Source: Octopus vulgaris (Eukaryota). Taken from it: a stretch of DNA of 64,000 bases. Position numbers and translations under genes: made by a program. Shown piece by piece: positions 12,830-24,761 of the stretch. The notes beneath the pieces were generated by a model. The model was not told where the DNA came from, searched no databases, and saw nothing but the letters and a program-made list of their open reading frames with translations. The stretch is taken from assembly GCA_951406725.2 (NCBI GenBank), contig OX597815.1:70060001-70124000 (forward strand). Reading direction: 5' to 3'. Within the stretch, counting starts at the first letter, position 1; the number at the start of each line of letters is the position of its first letter.

Positions 12830-13905
12830 TGATAACTTTGATAGATTTCGGCCAGTATAGGCCCAGGCTATGTCTAACTTGATAGCACTACCTGGTGAAG
12901 TCTTTCAGTCATATATAGGGCACCAAGGCCCACTCTAGCAAAGAGTTATTATTGTTGGAGACATGTCCGGGTGTAGGAGGCTGGTCCGGGATTTTTTGAA
13001 GAAATTTGTCCGGTGAACTTCTGTGTTTTATGGGATCCGTTTCCGTTTTGACATATTTTGGTATGGTATTAAAGAAAGCTAGACCAGTTGAGGTAAAGTA
13101 GTTGTGACGTAACGTTATGTGTCCTGAGTTCGATTTTTGTAGTGGGTGGATAGTACGGGGGCCAAGTCTTGGATGGATTTTAAAATTGATGCCAGCATCA
13201 TTTGTGAAATATTGATGGAATATTTTCCACATCACACAAATGATGTAGCGCTTCCGGCGGCGTTGGAGAGAGTAGAGACTGAGTATTTTTAGTGGATCCC
13301 AATAGTCAATGCCTGACATGTCGTCTAACTCTCTTGTTATTGACCTCTGGAGTGCTTCCACTTCCATAATGAGTCGCTTCGTATGAGGAGACCACAGCGG
13401 GCAACAGTATTCAAGGTGGGGTCGGGCAAAAGTAGAGTAGAGAAGGATGATGGTGTGAGCATCTAGACCGGAAAGTTCTCAGAATCCAGAAGCACATCTT
13501 GCGGACCAAGTTAACCTTGCTGTTTACGTGGGAACTCCAGCTTAAATTGTCATCAACGATTGTTCCAAAGTCTCTGGTGTTGTTGGATGACACTAGGGAG
13601 TCACCCGAGGGAAGAGCGTATGATAGTTTCAGAGTATCCTCTTTTCTAAAGTGGATCAAATTAAATTTATCTACATTTAGAAGCATATTGTATTTTTCCG
13701 TCCATTAGACAACAGCAAACAGATCCGACTGAAGGCATGTTCGGTCTTCCATACTGTTTATGGCTTTCTGGAGGTTGGAATCATCTGCAAAGATTTTCAA
13801 TGTAGGGTGTTTGATGACGTCTACTGTGTCATGGATGTAGATAATGAAGAGGAGTGGGCCCAACACAGCACCTTGTGGGACACCACTACTGACTATGTTC
13901 ACCAC
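12830..13905 (-). mobile_element. Decayed 5'-truncated CR1/L2-group LINE (RT C-terminal half)
   Basis: SGVPQGAVLGPLLFIIYI, IFADDS, LNVDKF, RPHLEYC, LYSLQRRRKRY, DKFLQKIPDQP, with frameshifts. Confidence 0.9.
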
Positions 13906-14057
13906 CACTCATTGCTTGAGCCTCGTGGAGCTTTAGGTGTTTTCGCTCAATAAACACTCATAATGCCCGGTCTGGGAATCGAAACCGCAATTCTACGATC
14001 GCAAGTCCGCTGCCCTAAACACTGGGCCATTGTGCCACCACACGCACACACACACAC

Positions 14058-14088
<31 letters not shown>

Positions 14089-15284
14089 TGTATGTATGTA
14101 TGTATGTATGTATGTATGTATGTATGTATGTATGTATGTATGTATGTATGTATAAACACACACACACACGTGTTTGTGTCACTGTCGCTATATGTTTAAT
14201 CACCTTCAAACAACCGAGACACTTTCATGACATTCATGACACTACGATACAATTCTCAAAACAGTCACTTTTCTGTTTATTTCCCAAGATGGCTGCTGTT
14301 GACAGTGTAACATTTTCTATTTATTTTCGTCGCTAAAGCTTTCAGGGAAAGCATCAATTACATTTACTCCAACAAATACACAAACACGCGGAGCAGATCG
14401 ATCCTTGGTGTCTAGTCAAAGTAAGCCAATACTTCATAAATGAATGAATGTCCTAGAAATGACATTAGAAGTGAAATGAATGAATGGCATATAAGTAAAT
14501 TGTTAGTAAACTGTTCAATAAAAGCATTAGCGTTAACCACGGCGATCAGAAAGCGCTCGGGGTTGCTGCCAAGACCATGGATATATATGTCCCTACCTTC
14601 AGATTAAACTCTTATACATGTATTTTCTTTCTGCCATTGCCACAAGTCATGAAATTTTGTGGGAGAGGGCTAGTCAATTACATCGACCTCAGTACTTATT
14701 TTATGCATCTCGAAAGAATGAATTATGCAGCTGATCTCGGCAGGATTTGAACTAACAACGCAAGAAGCAGGAAGAAATGTCACTATGCATTTTGTCAGAC
14801 GTGTAAATGATTCTCTCAGCTCGCTATGATGTGATCGTTCGATAGACCCACTGGTGGTCTTTTCTTCATATTTTTTTTCTCGCCTTGTTAATTCTTTGGG
14901 AAGAAGAGCGTATTCTCGAAACATAAAAAAACTTTTCCTTCTAAGTCTCCGTGTCCCCTATTTCCTGGGCGTAAACTCAGGATTTTTAATTTTTTTTACC
15001 TCGTCCTCATGTTACTTATATTTGGGACACTACTACACCATACTTTGACACTTTGTGAACCAGAGTTCTTCGCTGACAGGCCGTTGATATTGAGTATGCA
15101 AATTAGTAGCTCCAGTGCTCTAGAGCTACTAGTTTCAATGTGTACATAAACTAACTGACTGTTTTTTTCTCTAGTATTGGTCATGTGATGTAGACACCTT
15201 TAATTAAGGTTGTTCCTCATTGCTTCAACCAACAGAGAAATAGGAAAATTTGGTCGGTCTACTATAGAGGTTTTCATATATATA

Positions 15285-16935
15285 CTAGCAAACGCACCCG
15301 TCCTTTGGACAGTGTAATTTATTATAAAGGCGCACTCCTTTGGACGGTTTAAGTTTAATTAGCCTGCAGTTAGAAGTCGCTTCAAGTTGATAAACGTAAA
15401 ATTTATAATTACCGATTTCGTTAGCAGTTTATTATATGGTATTTAAAAAAAAGCGTAATGATAAAGTTTTTTCAACACAAATTTGGCAGTTAGTAATAAA
15501 TGAAAGTCCATGAAATGAGATCGCAATTTAGTAGGCATTAGGAACCCTATATCTTACCTGAAGTATTTTGTGACATGCAGTTATTTTACTCGTAATGTCT
15601 GACACAACCGAATTGAAACTTTTTCATTGATAAACAAAAGTAAACATTTATAACAAACACACAAACAATAATGGCATGTACAAAAACAAATGTCAGAGCA
15701 CGCTTACGAGTGAACAGCATGCGTGAAGTAAGAAGGTTCATTGAAGGTAATGTACACAGCAATCATGGAAATGAAGCAAAATATCAATGTTCTTGTAAGA
15801 AATCTGATTGCTAACGGCTACAGTTTGACGTAGATGTGAAGATTGCAGTAGAGGAGTAACTACTGTGGGGTTGTTTTGTAGATGACATTTTTGGTTTTTC
15901 CTTCAGGAGCATAGATAAATAAGTTTTCTGGATGGTCAACCCTGGAACAACCGACATAGAACTGTCCATGTGAAAAGCATGACGTTCGAAGGTCCAATCC
16001 GACAACTTTCAGCGACTGACCTTCTGCTTTGTTAATTGTCATGGCGAGGCTGAGTTTGAGGGAACTGAATTCTCTGGATACGGTAGGGACAGTCTGTTGG
16101 GATTAGCGGAATTTTCGTAATAAAAACGGTATCATTTTTGCCGTGTCCCGTGATAATTTGGGCTTCAATGACGTGGTCCAGCATTTGTTTTACCACATAG
16201 TGTGGGTGCGTTTAAACTGCATAAGAGAATGACTGGGCAAGTGAAGTTCATGAGGAGGGAGTCCTGAGGAGGTAATCCTGAGAAATTCTATTGGAAAGTA
16301 TGTAACTTGATCGAGGTCGGTAACGGTGTCTACTGATCTGTAACAACGTTCTTGAGAAGGTAGCTTACTTAGTAAGTTATAGTTAAGAGTGGTGACAGCT
16401 GCATTTGTAGGTGCAAGAACAGCCCTGTTCTAACGTGCAAATATCGGCAGTCTGCAATGAATGGGTATTGTAAAACTGTATAACTGTTACGACTTTGTAT
16501 GAGTAAAAGCAGAGACTATATATAATATGAATTAATTTCTGAAGATATTTAAAAAATAAATGAATGTTTATTTAAATTGCATGGCTACATCAAGGAAATG
16601 CTAATATGCAAATATCAGCAGTTTGTAGTGAGGGGCATTGTAATAACTGTAGTTGAAGACGAAGTGAAAGTAGCATAACCACATCATCAAGAGTAATGTC
16701 CCTTAAAGCAATGATCGTTGGTATTTGTTATTTACCTAGAAGGTGTCTTCGTCCCCTGCGGCGGCATTACTCATTATGTGGAAAATTTGAAGAATCTATG
16801 ACCATCTCTGGAACATAAATGATGTTTGTTCCCAGTGTGAACGAAATTGTATAAAATATATTGATTTTAGGGGGATCAAGAAAAAGGCACACACACACAC
16901 ACACACACATCTTCCGTTTTATTATATATATAAGA
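15285..16935 (-). mobile_element. Internally deleted Helitron with both termini and a PIF1 helicase C-terminal remnant
   Basis: The minus strand starts A|TCTTATATATATAATAAAACGGAAGATGTGTG and ends with a hairpin (gtcctttggac core) then CTAG|T. Remnant reads RAVLAPTN...YRSVDT...MTINKAEGQSL..VGLDL...FSHGQFYVGCSRV. Confidence 0.9.
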
Positions 16936-17644
16936 TGTATGCATTTGCTTGTGTATACTTGCATATATATGTACGTATATATGCTTATATGTGTGTATGT
17001 GTATATATATATACATACGCTTATATATGTGAATGCATGTATGTATATACATACTTACATACGTATGTATATACATACATACATACATACATACATACAT
17101 ACATACATACATACATTACTGAGGTCATAAGAATTTATAAACATTTTTGGAACTGGTAAAAGAAACAAAAAATGTACTAGGCATTAAAAAGAAAGAACTG
17201 ATATCGATTTGTTCGATTAAAATACTTCAAGGCGCAGTTGCAGTCTGGTGAATGAAAACGATAAAAGAACCACTAGATTCCTAAGTAAAAACTTTAAGCT
17301 AAGGGAGGTAACTCTTGTTCACCTATATCAGTATGCCAGATGGAGTGTGCAAAAAGTTACGGATATATCAATCTAGATGCTAATCTCTCCACTCTGAAGA
17401 CGGCTTATATGCATACACACTTGAGGTATATCCTCGCCTTTTTGCACACTCCATTTATCAATATTACAATTATTACATAATTCCGCGCACCAGAAACAGC
17501 TGTCGAACCTGAAATTCTATGCCCTCGCCCCTTACTTTTCTACATTTTTTTTGTGTTCCATGCAAATTTGTTCTGTAAATATACAAATATTTATATGCTT
17601 ATACATGAATGTTCATCTGAATATTTTCAGTATTTGTTTCTCCC

Positions 17645-17703
<59 letters not shown>

Positions 17704-17714
17704 CTATATATATT

Positions 17715-17924
17715 CTTTTATTCTTTTACTTGTTCGGGTCATTTGACTGGAGCACCGCCTTTAGTCGAGCAAGTCGACCCCAGGACTTATTCTTTGTAAG
17801 CCTAGTTCTTATTCTATTGGTGTCTTTTACCGAATCGCTAAGTTACAGGGACGTAAATACACCAGCATCGGTTGTCAAGCGATGGTGGCGAGACAAACAC
17901 AGTCACACAAACATAAATACATAT

Positions 17925-17986
<62 letters not shown>

Positions 17987-18145
17987 CGGGCTTCTTTCAG
18001 TTTCCGTCTACCAAATCTACTCACAAGGCTTTGGTCGGTCTGAAGCTATAGTAGAAGACACTTGTCCAAGGTTCCGCGCAGTTGGACTGAACCCGGAACT
18101 ATGTGGTTGGTAAGCAAGCTACTTACCACACAGCCACTCCTGCAC
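17715..18145 (-). mobile_element. SINE family A, near full-length minus-strand copy
   Basis: Reverse complement of 19559-19945. Confidence 0.85.
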
Positions 18146-18214
18146 CTATCATATATATATGTGTGTGCGTGTGCGTGTGTGTCTGTGTGCGTGTGTGTTT
18201 GTGTGTGTGTCTGT

Positions 18215-18265
<51 letters not shown>

Positions 18266-18266
<1 letters not shown>

Positions 18267-18608
18267 GCATAACTACAGGTTTCTGCCCCACTCCTCACCC
18301 CGACTTTGGATAATCATAACTTTAAGAAAAATGGATATTTTCTAATGAAATTTTCTACGAATATGTATTCTATCATGTAGATTCCGAATATACCTTTAGG
18401 GGAAAAGTGTTTTACGAGGGGGTGGGGTGGGAAATTTGGGAAAAGTCACCGGAGTCCACTTCAATTCGTCTTAGGCAACGAGAGCAAAGGAAGCCCTCAT
18501 CAGAAATCTCGTTATTCTAAAAATAACAGCTAACAGTCTAGTACAGAGAAATATGCTATTAAGACGACTTATCTGTTGCATACGATTTTTTCCCGCTTTA
18601 TGTAAAAG

Positions 18609-18661
<53 letters not shown>

Positions 18662-19069
18662 TAAAATCTACGGATGCACAAATGCATAAAACGGAGAAAA
18701 TAAAACAAATATGGACGACTTGTTCCGAAACACCCCCGAGTGGGGAATGGTTCTCAAAAATAACCCAATTGTTTTCTCCCCAAATTCCTATGTCCTCGGA
18801 ATCTACATAATCCGAGGCATATTTGTAGAGAATTTCATTGAAAAATGTCCATTTTCTTGAAAGTTAAGACGAATTGAAATAGACATCGGTGAATTTTCCG
18901 AAATTCTCCACCCACTCCCTCCTAAAATACTTTCTCCGCAAAAGTTTGTATATTCGGAATCTGCATGATATAACACATATTCGTAGAAAATTTCATTACA
19001 GAATATCCATTTTTCTGAAAGTTATGACCATCCAAAATCGAGTGCTGGGGTGGCAGAAACCTGTAGCTA

Positions 19070-19072
<3 letters not shown>
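18266..19072. mobile_element. Long-TIR MITE/foldback element (~185-bp TIRs starting GGCATAACTAC)
   Basis: 18266-18452 is the imperfect reverse complement of 18887-19072; a partial third copy lies at ~18795-18870. Confidence 0.85.
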
Positions 19073-19116
<44 letters not shown>

Positions 19117-19141
19117 TCACTCCGTTTATTTCATCGTGTTC

Positions 19142-19177
19142 TTTTCTGTTGAAGAGCGTAGGCTCGAAACGTAAAAG
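19142..19177 (+). ncRNA. Hammerhead-like motif with U at position 6, in a short Penelope-LTR-like repeat (19112-19262)
   Basis: tttt CTGTTGA a GAGC gtag GCTC GAAAC GTA aaag; paralogues at 2606-2641 and (decayed) ~14895-14930. Confidence 0.5.
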
Positions 19178-19261
19178 ATTTTCTCACCTTCCAGAGCGTT
19201 AAACTAATACACCTATTTGTTGTTTATACACATGTCATCGTCTTTTTCTATAACATTTAAC

Positions 19262-19304
<43 letters not shown>

Positions 19305-19480
19305 ATAAATATTAGGGAATAAATCCAAATTTACAGGGAAAAAAATCAGATTTAGGATTAAATCCAATTTTATAGTAAAATATTATAAAATATTATTAGA
19401 GACAAAACCACTATTTTGCAAAACAAACAAGGAAAGACTTAATCAATACATAAAATTTTAATAAATAGTCAAAAAAACCG

Positions 19481-19523
19481 CCACTACAATTGTTTCTTGT
19501 CTTGATCGACAATCTTCAGGTGG
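19481..19523 (-). ncRNA. Minimal type I hammerhead ribozyme motif (Penelope-LTR type)
   Basis: Minus strand: CCAC CUGAAGA UUGUC gaucaa GACAA GAAAC AAUU GUA GUGG; full core, stem I CCAC/GUGG, 5-bp stem II, palindromic stem III ACAAUUGU. Confidence 0.85.
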
Positions 19524-19558
19524 ACTTCCAATAAGTCAGTTTCAAATTATATATATAT

Positions 19559-19941
19559 GAGTGGCTGTGTGGTAAGTAGCTTGCTAACCAACTACATGGT
19601 TCCGGGTTCAATCCCACTGCGTGGCATCTTGGGCAAATGTCTTCTGCTATAGCCTCGGGCCGACCAATGCCTTGTGAGTGGATTTGGTAGACGGAAACTG
19701 AAAGAAGCCCGTCGTATATATGTATATATATATGTGTGTGTGTTTGTGTGTCTGTGTTTGTCCCCCTAGCATTGTTTGACAACCGATGCTGGTGTGTTTA
19801 CGTCCCCGTCACTTAGCGGTTCGGCGGGAGAGACCGATAGAATAAGTACTGGGCTTACAAAGAATAAGTCCCGGGGTCGATTTGCTCGACCAAAAGGCGG
19901 TGCTCCAGCATGGCCGCAGTCAAATGACTGAAACAAGTAAA

Positions 19942-19945
<4 letters not shown>
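19559..19945 (+). mobile_element. Full-length tRNA-derived octopus-type SINE (family A). Other copies or parts at ~108-240, 17715-18145(-), 21300-21490(-), 30180-30590(-), 43355-43710(-), 60690-61090 and more
   Basis: A box tggctgtgtggta, B box ggttcaatccc, CORE-like cttgggcaa, internal (TA)/(TG) tract, 3' end gactgaaacaagtaaaa; many dispersed copies. Confidence 0.85.
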
Positions 19946-19992
<47 letters not shown>

Positions 19993-20504
19993 TTTACTTG
20001 TTTCAACCATTAGAATGTGGCCATGCAAGCTTCTTACCACACAGTCATGCCTGACACTTTATTGTATTGGTCCCGAACAGATGAAAGGGAAAGTCGATCT
20101 TGGCGGGATTTGAACTGAGAACGTTTAGCTGGAACAAACACACACTCTTACGAGGAGCTTTTTTTTCCGGCTACCAAATCCACTCACAAGGCTTTGATCA
20201 GCTCGAGGTTATAGTAGAAGGAACTTGCCTGAGGTGCCACATAGTAGGAAGGAACCCTGAACCATATGATTGAGAAGCAAGCTTCTTACCACACAGTCAT
20301 GCGTAACTGGTACTTATTTAATCGACCCCGAAAGGATGAAAGGCAAAGTCGACCTCGGCGGAATTTGAACTCAGAACGTAACCGCAGACGAAATACCATT
20401 AAGCATTTTTGGCGACGCTCTACCAATTCTGCATGCATAATTCTACAACACGATTTAACGAACAAATGAAAACTATGCGATGGCATTCCGGCGGTAATCG
20501 AAAA

Positions 20505-20563
20505 TGAGAGAGAGAGAGAGACGACAGACAGATAGACACACACACACGCACACACAGTCAGAC

Positions 20564-20622
<59 letters not shown>

Positions 20623-20950
20623 GACAGACAGATAGACGCACACACACACACACAGTCAGACAGAGAAGATAAGAAAATGAGAGAGAAACAGAGAGACATA
20701 AAGACAGACAGACAGAGAGACAGACCGACCGACCGACAGACAGACGGAGAAGATAAGAGAGTGAGAGACAGAGAGACAGAGAGAGAGAGGTAGAGAAGAT
20801 AAGAGAGTGAGAAACAGAGAGACAGAGAGAGAGACAGGTAGAGAAGATAAGAGAGTGAGAGACAGAGAGAGAGAGACAGGGTAGAGAAGATAAGAGAGAG
20901 ATAGAAGATGGTGATGGGTGCGAAGTGGTAATAGAGAGAGTGAGAGAGGG
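20505..20950. repeat. GA-rich compound microsatellite with a ~46-bp higher-order unit (gtagagaagataagagagtgagagacagagag...)
   Basis: Read directly. Confidence 0.85.
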
Positions 20951-22429
20951 GGAAGAGAAGCCATGTTTGCCTGAGACATTCTTTCTCAATGAAATTCTTC
21001 CGAAGTCGACTGTCTGTCTGTCTGTCTGTCAGTTTGTCTGTCTATGTGTCTGCACTTCTTCAGATTTAGCCAGACTGGAGGTGACTGACTGGGTTCACTT
21101 GAATGATGGTGAGTCAGTGAAATGACCCAAGTGATAACTTGATGGGGGTGGGGGTTAGTGGTGGCGGTGCTGTAGTAGTAGTAGTAGTGGTGGTGGTGGT
21201 GGTGGTGGTGGTGGTGGTGGTGGTGACGGTGGTGACGGTGGTGGTGGTGATGGTGACGGTGGTGGTGGTGGTGGTGGTGGTGGTGGTAGTGGTAGTATCT
21301 TTTATCTTTTACTTGTTTCAGCCATTAGACTGCAACCATGCTGGAGCACCACCTTGAAAAAATTTTTAGTCGAAAGAATGGACCCCAGTACTTTTTTCTA
21401 AAAGCCTGCTGCTTATTCTATCGGACTCCTTTGCCGAACCGCTAAGTTACGAGGACGCAAACACCAACACCTGTTGTCAACACACAAACACACACACCCA
21501 CATATATAAGTGATGTGGTGGTGGTGGCGGGGTGATAAAGTGATCGAGACAAATCACGAAATGACATCCAAAGTGACACCAAACCAATGTCCCTAGCGAA
21601 AAGAAAGAGGGCTACGGTTTTATAAATGATATCAGTTTAAAATGTAAAACGAAGAAGAATCGAGATGTAACAGGGAGAGACAAAGACACAGAGAGAGACA
21701 GAGAGAGAGACAGATATATAGACTGACAGAGATAGGGAAAGAGAGAAAGAGTTAAAGAGCATACCGTCCCCCAGGAACATATAATAGACGAAAAGGACTT
21801 TGCTACCTACCTAACGTTAATCAATGGACCTGATCGGATGAATACCGTTGAACAGGGAGTAAATCTCTCAGCGACCCAAGTAATTCTTTTAACCTTTTAT
21901 CTTTTACTTGACTCAGTCACTGGGGTGCGACCACGCTGGGGCACCACCTTGCAAGTTTTCTCTTTTTTTCAGTCGAATTTATCGACCTTAGTTCATACTT
22001 CTTTTACTGCTCATATTTACCGAAGAGCTAGATCATGGGGATGTAAACAAACCTACACCGGTTCCGGTTATCAAAGACCCAAACGTACACATCGTCATCA
22101 TCATCATTATCGTTTAACATCCGTCTTCAGGACTGGTATGGGCTGGATGGTTTGATAAGAGCCGAAAGAGTGTTCCAAGCTCGACTGTCTGCTTTGGTAT
22201 AGTGTTTACGGCTGGATGTCCTCCCTAATGCCAACCATTTTACAGAATGCACTAGATTTTTGTTTTACGTGTAACCGGCACCAACTATATATATACATTA
22301 ATGTTTGTTTTTATGCTAATTTACAATAAAAACAATTTTACATTGATCTGGTGGGCTACTTTATGCCTTTATAATGTACAAATTTATTATTCGAAGTCAC
22401 AGTCAACAACATTCATGTATAAGAATTAT

Positions 22430-22500
<71 letters not shown>

Positions 22501-22566
22501 TATTTGCGTAATAAGATTAAAAAAAACCAAGGCTGTGTAGATATTAGAGCATTTATAGATAGAAAG

Positions 22567-22615
22567 TCTTACAGCTGTTTCTAGGATACTTATTAATTAT
22601 ATCCTTCATCGGAGA
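22567..22615 (-). ncRNA. Minimal type I hammerhead-like motif (U4C variant)
   Basis: UCU CCGAUGA AGGAUA..UAUCCU A GAAAC AGCU GUA AGA; palindromic ACAGCUGU. Confidence 0.7.
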
Positions 22616-22764
22616 TGTGTGAGAGGATGGTTAAGTCATAGTTAGTTTAGATGTGATACAAAATAGAGAGTGAGGTGGGGGAAAGATAGATACAAGATAT
22701 GTATACATCTATTTTCCTATTTTGTATCACATCTAAACTATGACTTAACCATCCTCTCACACCG

Positions 22765-22814
22765 CCTCCGATGAAGAGATATAATTAATAAATATCCTAG
22801 AAACAGCTGTAAGA
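22765..22814 (+). ncRNA. Minimal type I hammerhead-like motif, inverted partner of 22567-22615
   Basis: cct CCGATGA agagatat..atatccta GAAAC AGCT GTA aga. Confidence 0.62.
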
Positions 22815-23016
22815 CCTTCTATCTATAAATGCTCTAATATCTACACAGTCTTGGGGTTTTTTTTATCGTATTACGCAAAAAATTCTTATATACACACGCT
22901 GACATAGAACCAGCGTTGAACCCCTGGTAATTTTGCGAATAAAAGAGATAATGGTCTGTCTATAGCACTTATTCAGCATTACCTGACACCTTTGGATCTC
23001 AAAGACACCATTATCT

Positions 23017-23080
<64 letters not shown>

Positions 23081-23879
23081 AGCTTCCAGGCAGTTTCCGT
23101 CCACCAAATTCACACACAAGGCTTTGGTTGGCTCGAATCTATAGCAAATCAAGAATCTTGCAAATACAAAAACGAAACAAGTTTTCTTGTTTAGTTATTT
23201 TACCTCTTTACATGTTTGTCTCTTTTCTTTATATCTATCCCAATTTTTTTCTTCTTTCTCTTTGTTTTTATATATTCCATGTTCTCCCCCATCATTTTTG
23301 TCGTACTTTACTCTCTTTCTCTCTCCCACTTCCCTTCATTTTTTTTTTCTAAATCTGCTCGTCTATCTAATATTCTTTCCATCTTGATTCCAATTCCAAA
23401 TTGGAACTACTTTCCTCAAATATCAATGATGTTGTGGAAAACTTCGCCGAGGTCAACTCTCCCTTTCAAGATCAATAAAATAAATTACCAGTCAAATACA
23501 GGGACCGGTGGAATCGATTAACCCCATCCTCTCACCAAAACTTGAAGCCTTATGATTACACTAGAAACAATTCCTCCTGTGGAAAATGAATTTGAAGTTG
23601 TCATGAAGTGACGTAAATGGCCGAATCGATAAGGTTTTATCAATCATTCGGTCAATCAATCAATCATCTGTTTGTCAAAGTCCTCTCGTTGCCATTCACG
23701 GCCCCATCAATGTCACAGCAGTAAAATTATAAATTAAATTGAATTTTCTGATTAGTTTGTTAATTCATAGCAAGGAAGGAAAAAAAGAAGTCGTTCAGAC
23801 AGTTTGGCTAGTGGGTGGCGGTCCAAGGATATACGCACAAACACAGTACAAAGTTGCATTACAATGTAGTTAAAGTGGA

Positions 23880-24330
23880 CATGTTATTGTTTGTTTCGGA
23901 GCTTGCTGGAATCAAATTGTCCCAACCTGGACGTGAAGCCAGATGGATTTATTCTTTTCTAGTCTATTATGTTCGGATGTAGCTTTCCCCACTTCTCCTT
24001 CTTCTTCTTTTTTCTTTCTGCCTGGTCCTTCCTTCAGCCTAAACTTTAGGAGGCAAACCCCTCCATCTAGTAGGATCCACTTCATAACACAATCTGACAG
24101 CCGGGGGTTTGTGAGAATCCCCACTACCACTTGTGCAGACATAGTTAGTACCACTACTGAATAAGTGGAGTTTCCACCCTCCACTCGGATCTTCAATACC
24201 AAGACCATGGAACTTTGTAGAGGAGGCACCAATTATATCTAGGCGGAAGTGTTTGGCCTCCTCCACTTGTTCTTGCTCTTTGCTCTTGAGTTATGACATT
24301 CCAATTCCCCAATCCTTAACGGTTGTCTCC
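23880..24330 (-). mobile_element. Fragment of an RTE-clade LINE apurinic endonuclease N-terminus
   Basis: LRIG..., RLDIIGASSTK..G.G....GGWKL..SG, AQ..VGILTNPRL..CV..W; frameshifted, with an AG-rich insertion. Confidence 0.7.
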
Positions 24331-24615
24331 TCCTTGTTCCGCTTTCGGGTCCTGAAACAGGGATCGTTTTTGTACTTCCACTACACGCCTCCCAGAATAA
24401 GTCGCAGGCTTTATTGCTGGTGGAACCGGGAGTAGGTGGAATCTGAAATATATTTTTCGTACGGACTCCTCTACTCAACGTCTAAACGCATCTCTTGTTG
24501 ACTCGCGCGACGGACTATTCTGTACGGTTACTTGCCATGTTGGTGAGCATATATATATATATGGTGATCATATATATATATATATATGCATGTATATATA
24601 TATATATATATATGC

Positions 24616-24662
<47 letters not shown>

Positions 24663-24761
24663 TGTATACATACGCATATATGTATATTATATATGCATGT
24701 ATACACACACCCATATACACACAGAAACATATATATGTATCTATATATATATCTATGTGTG

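Larger units (their letters stand above)
22496..22886. repeat. Inverted repeat (~170-bp arms 22496-22666 / 22717-22886), Penelope pseudo-LTR-like
   Basis: Arms are near-perfect reverse complements; each carries a hammerhead-like motif; adjacent to (TA)n. Confidence 0.9.

Noticed and set aside
19559-19625. Possible tRNA genes (A and B boxes)
   Set aside because: These are heads of multi-copy SINEs that continue into SINE bodies; no full cloverleaf seen
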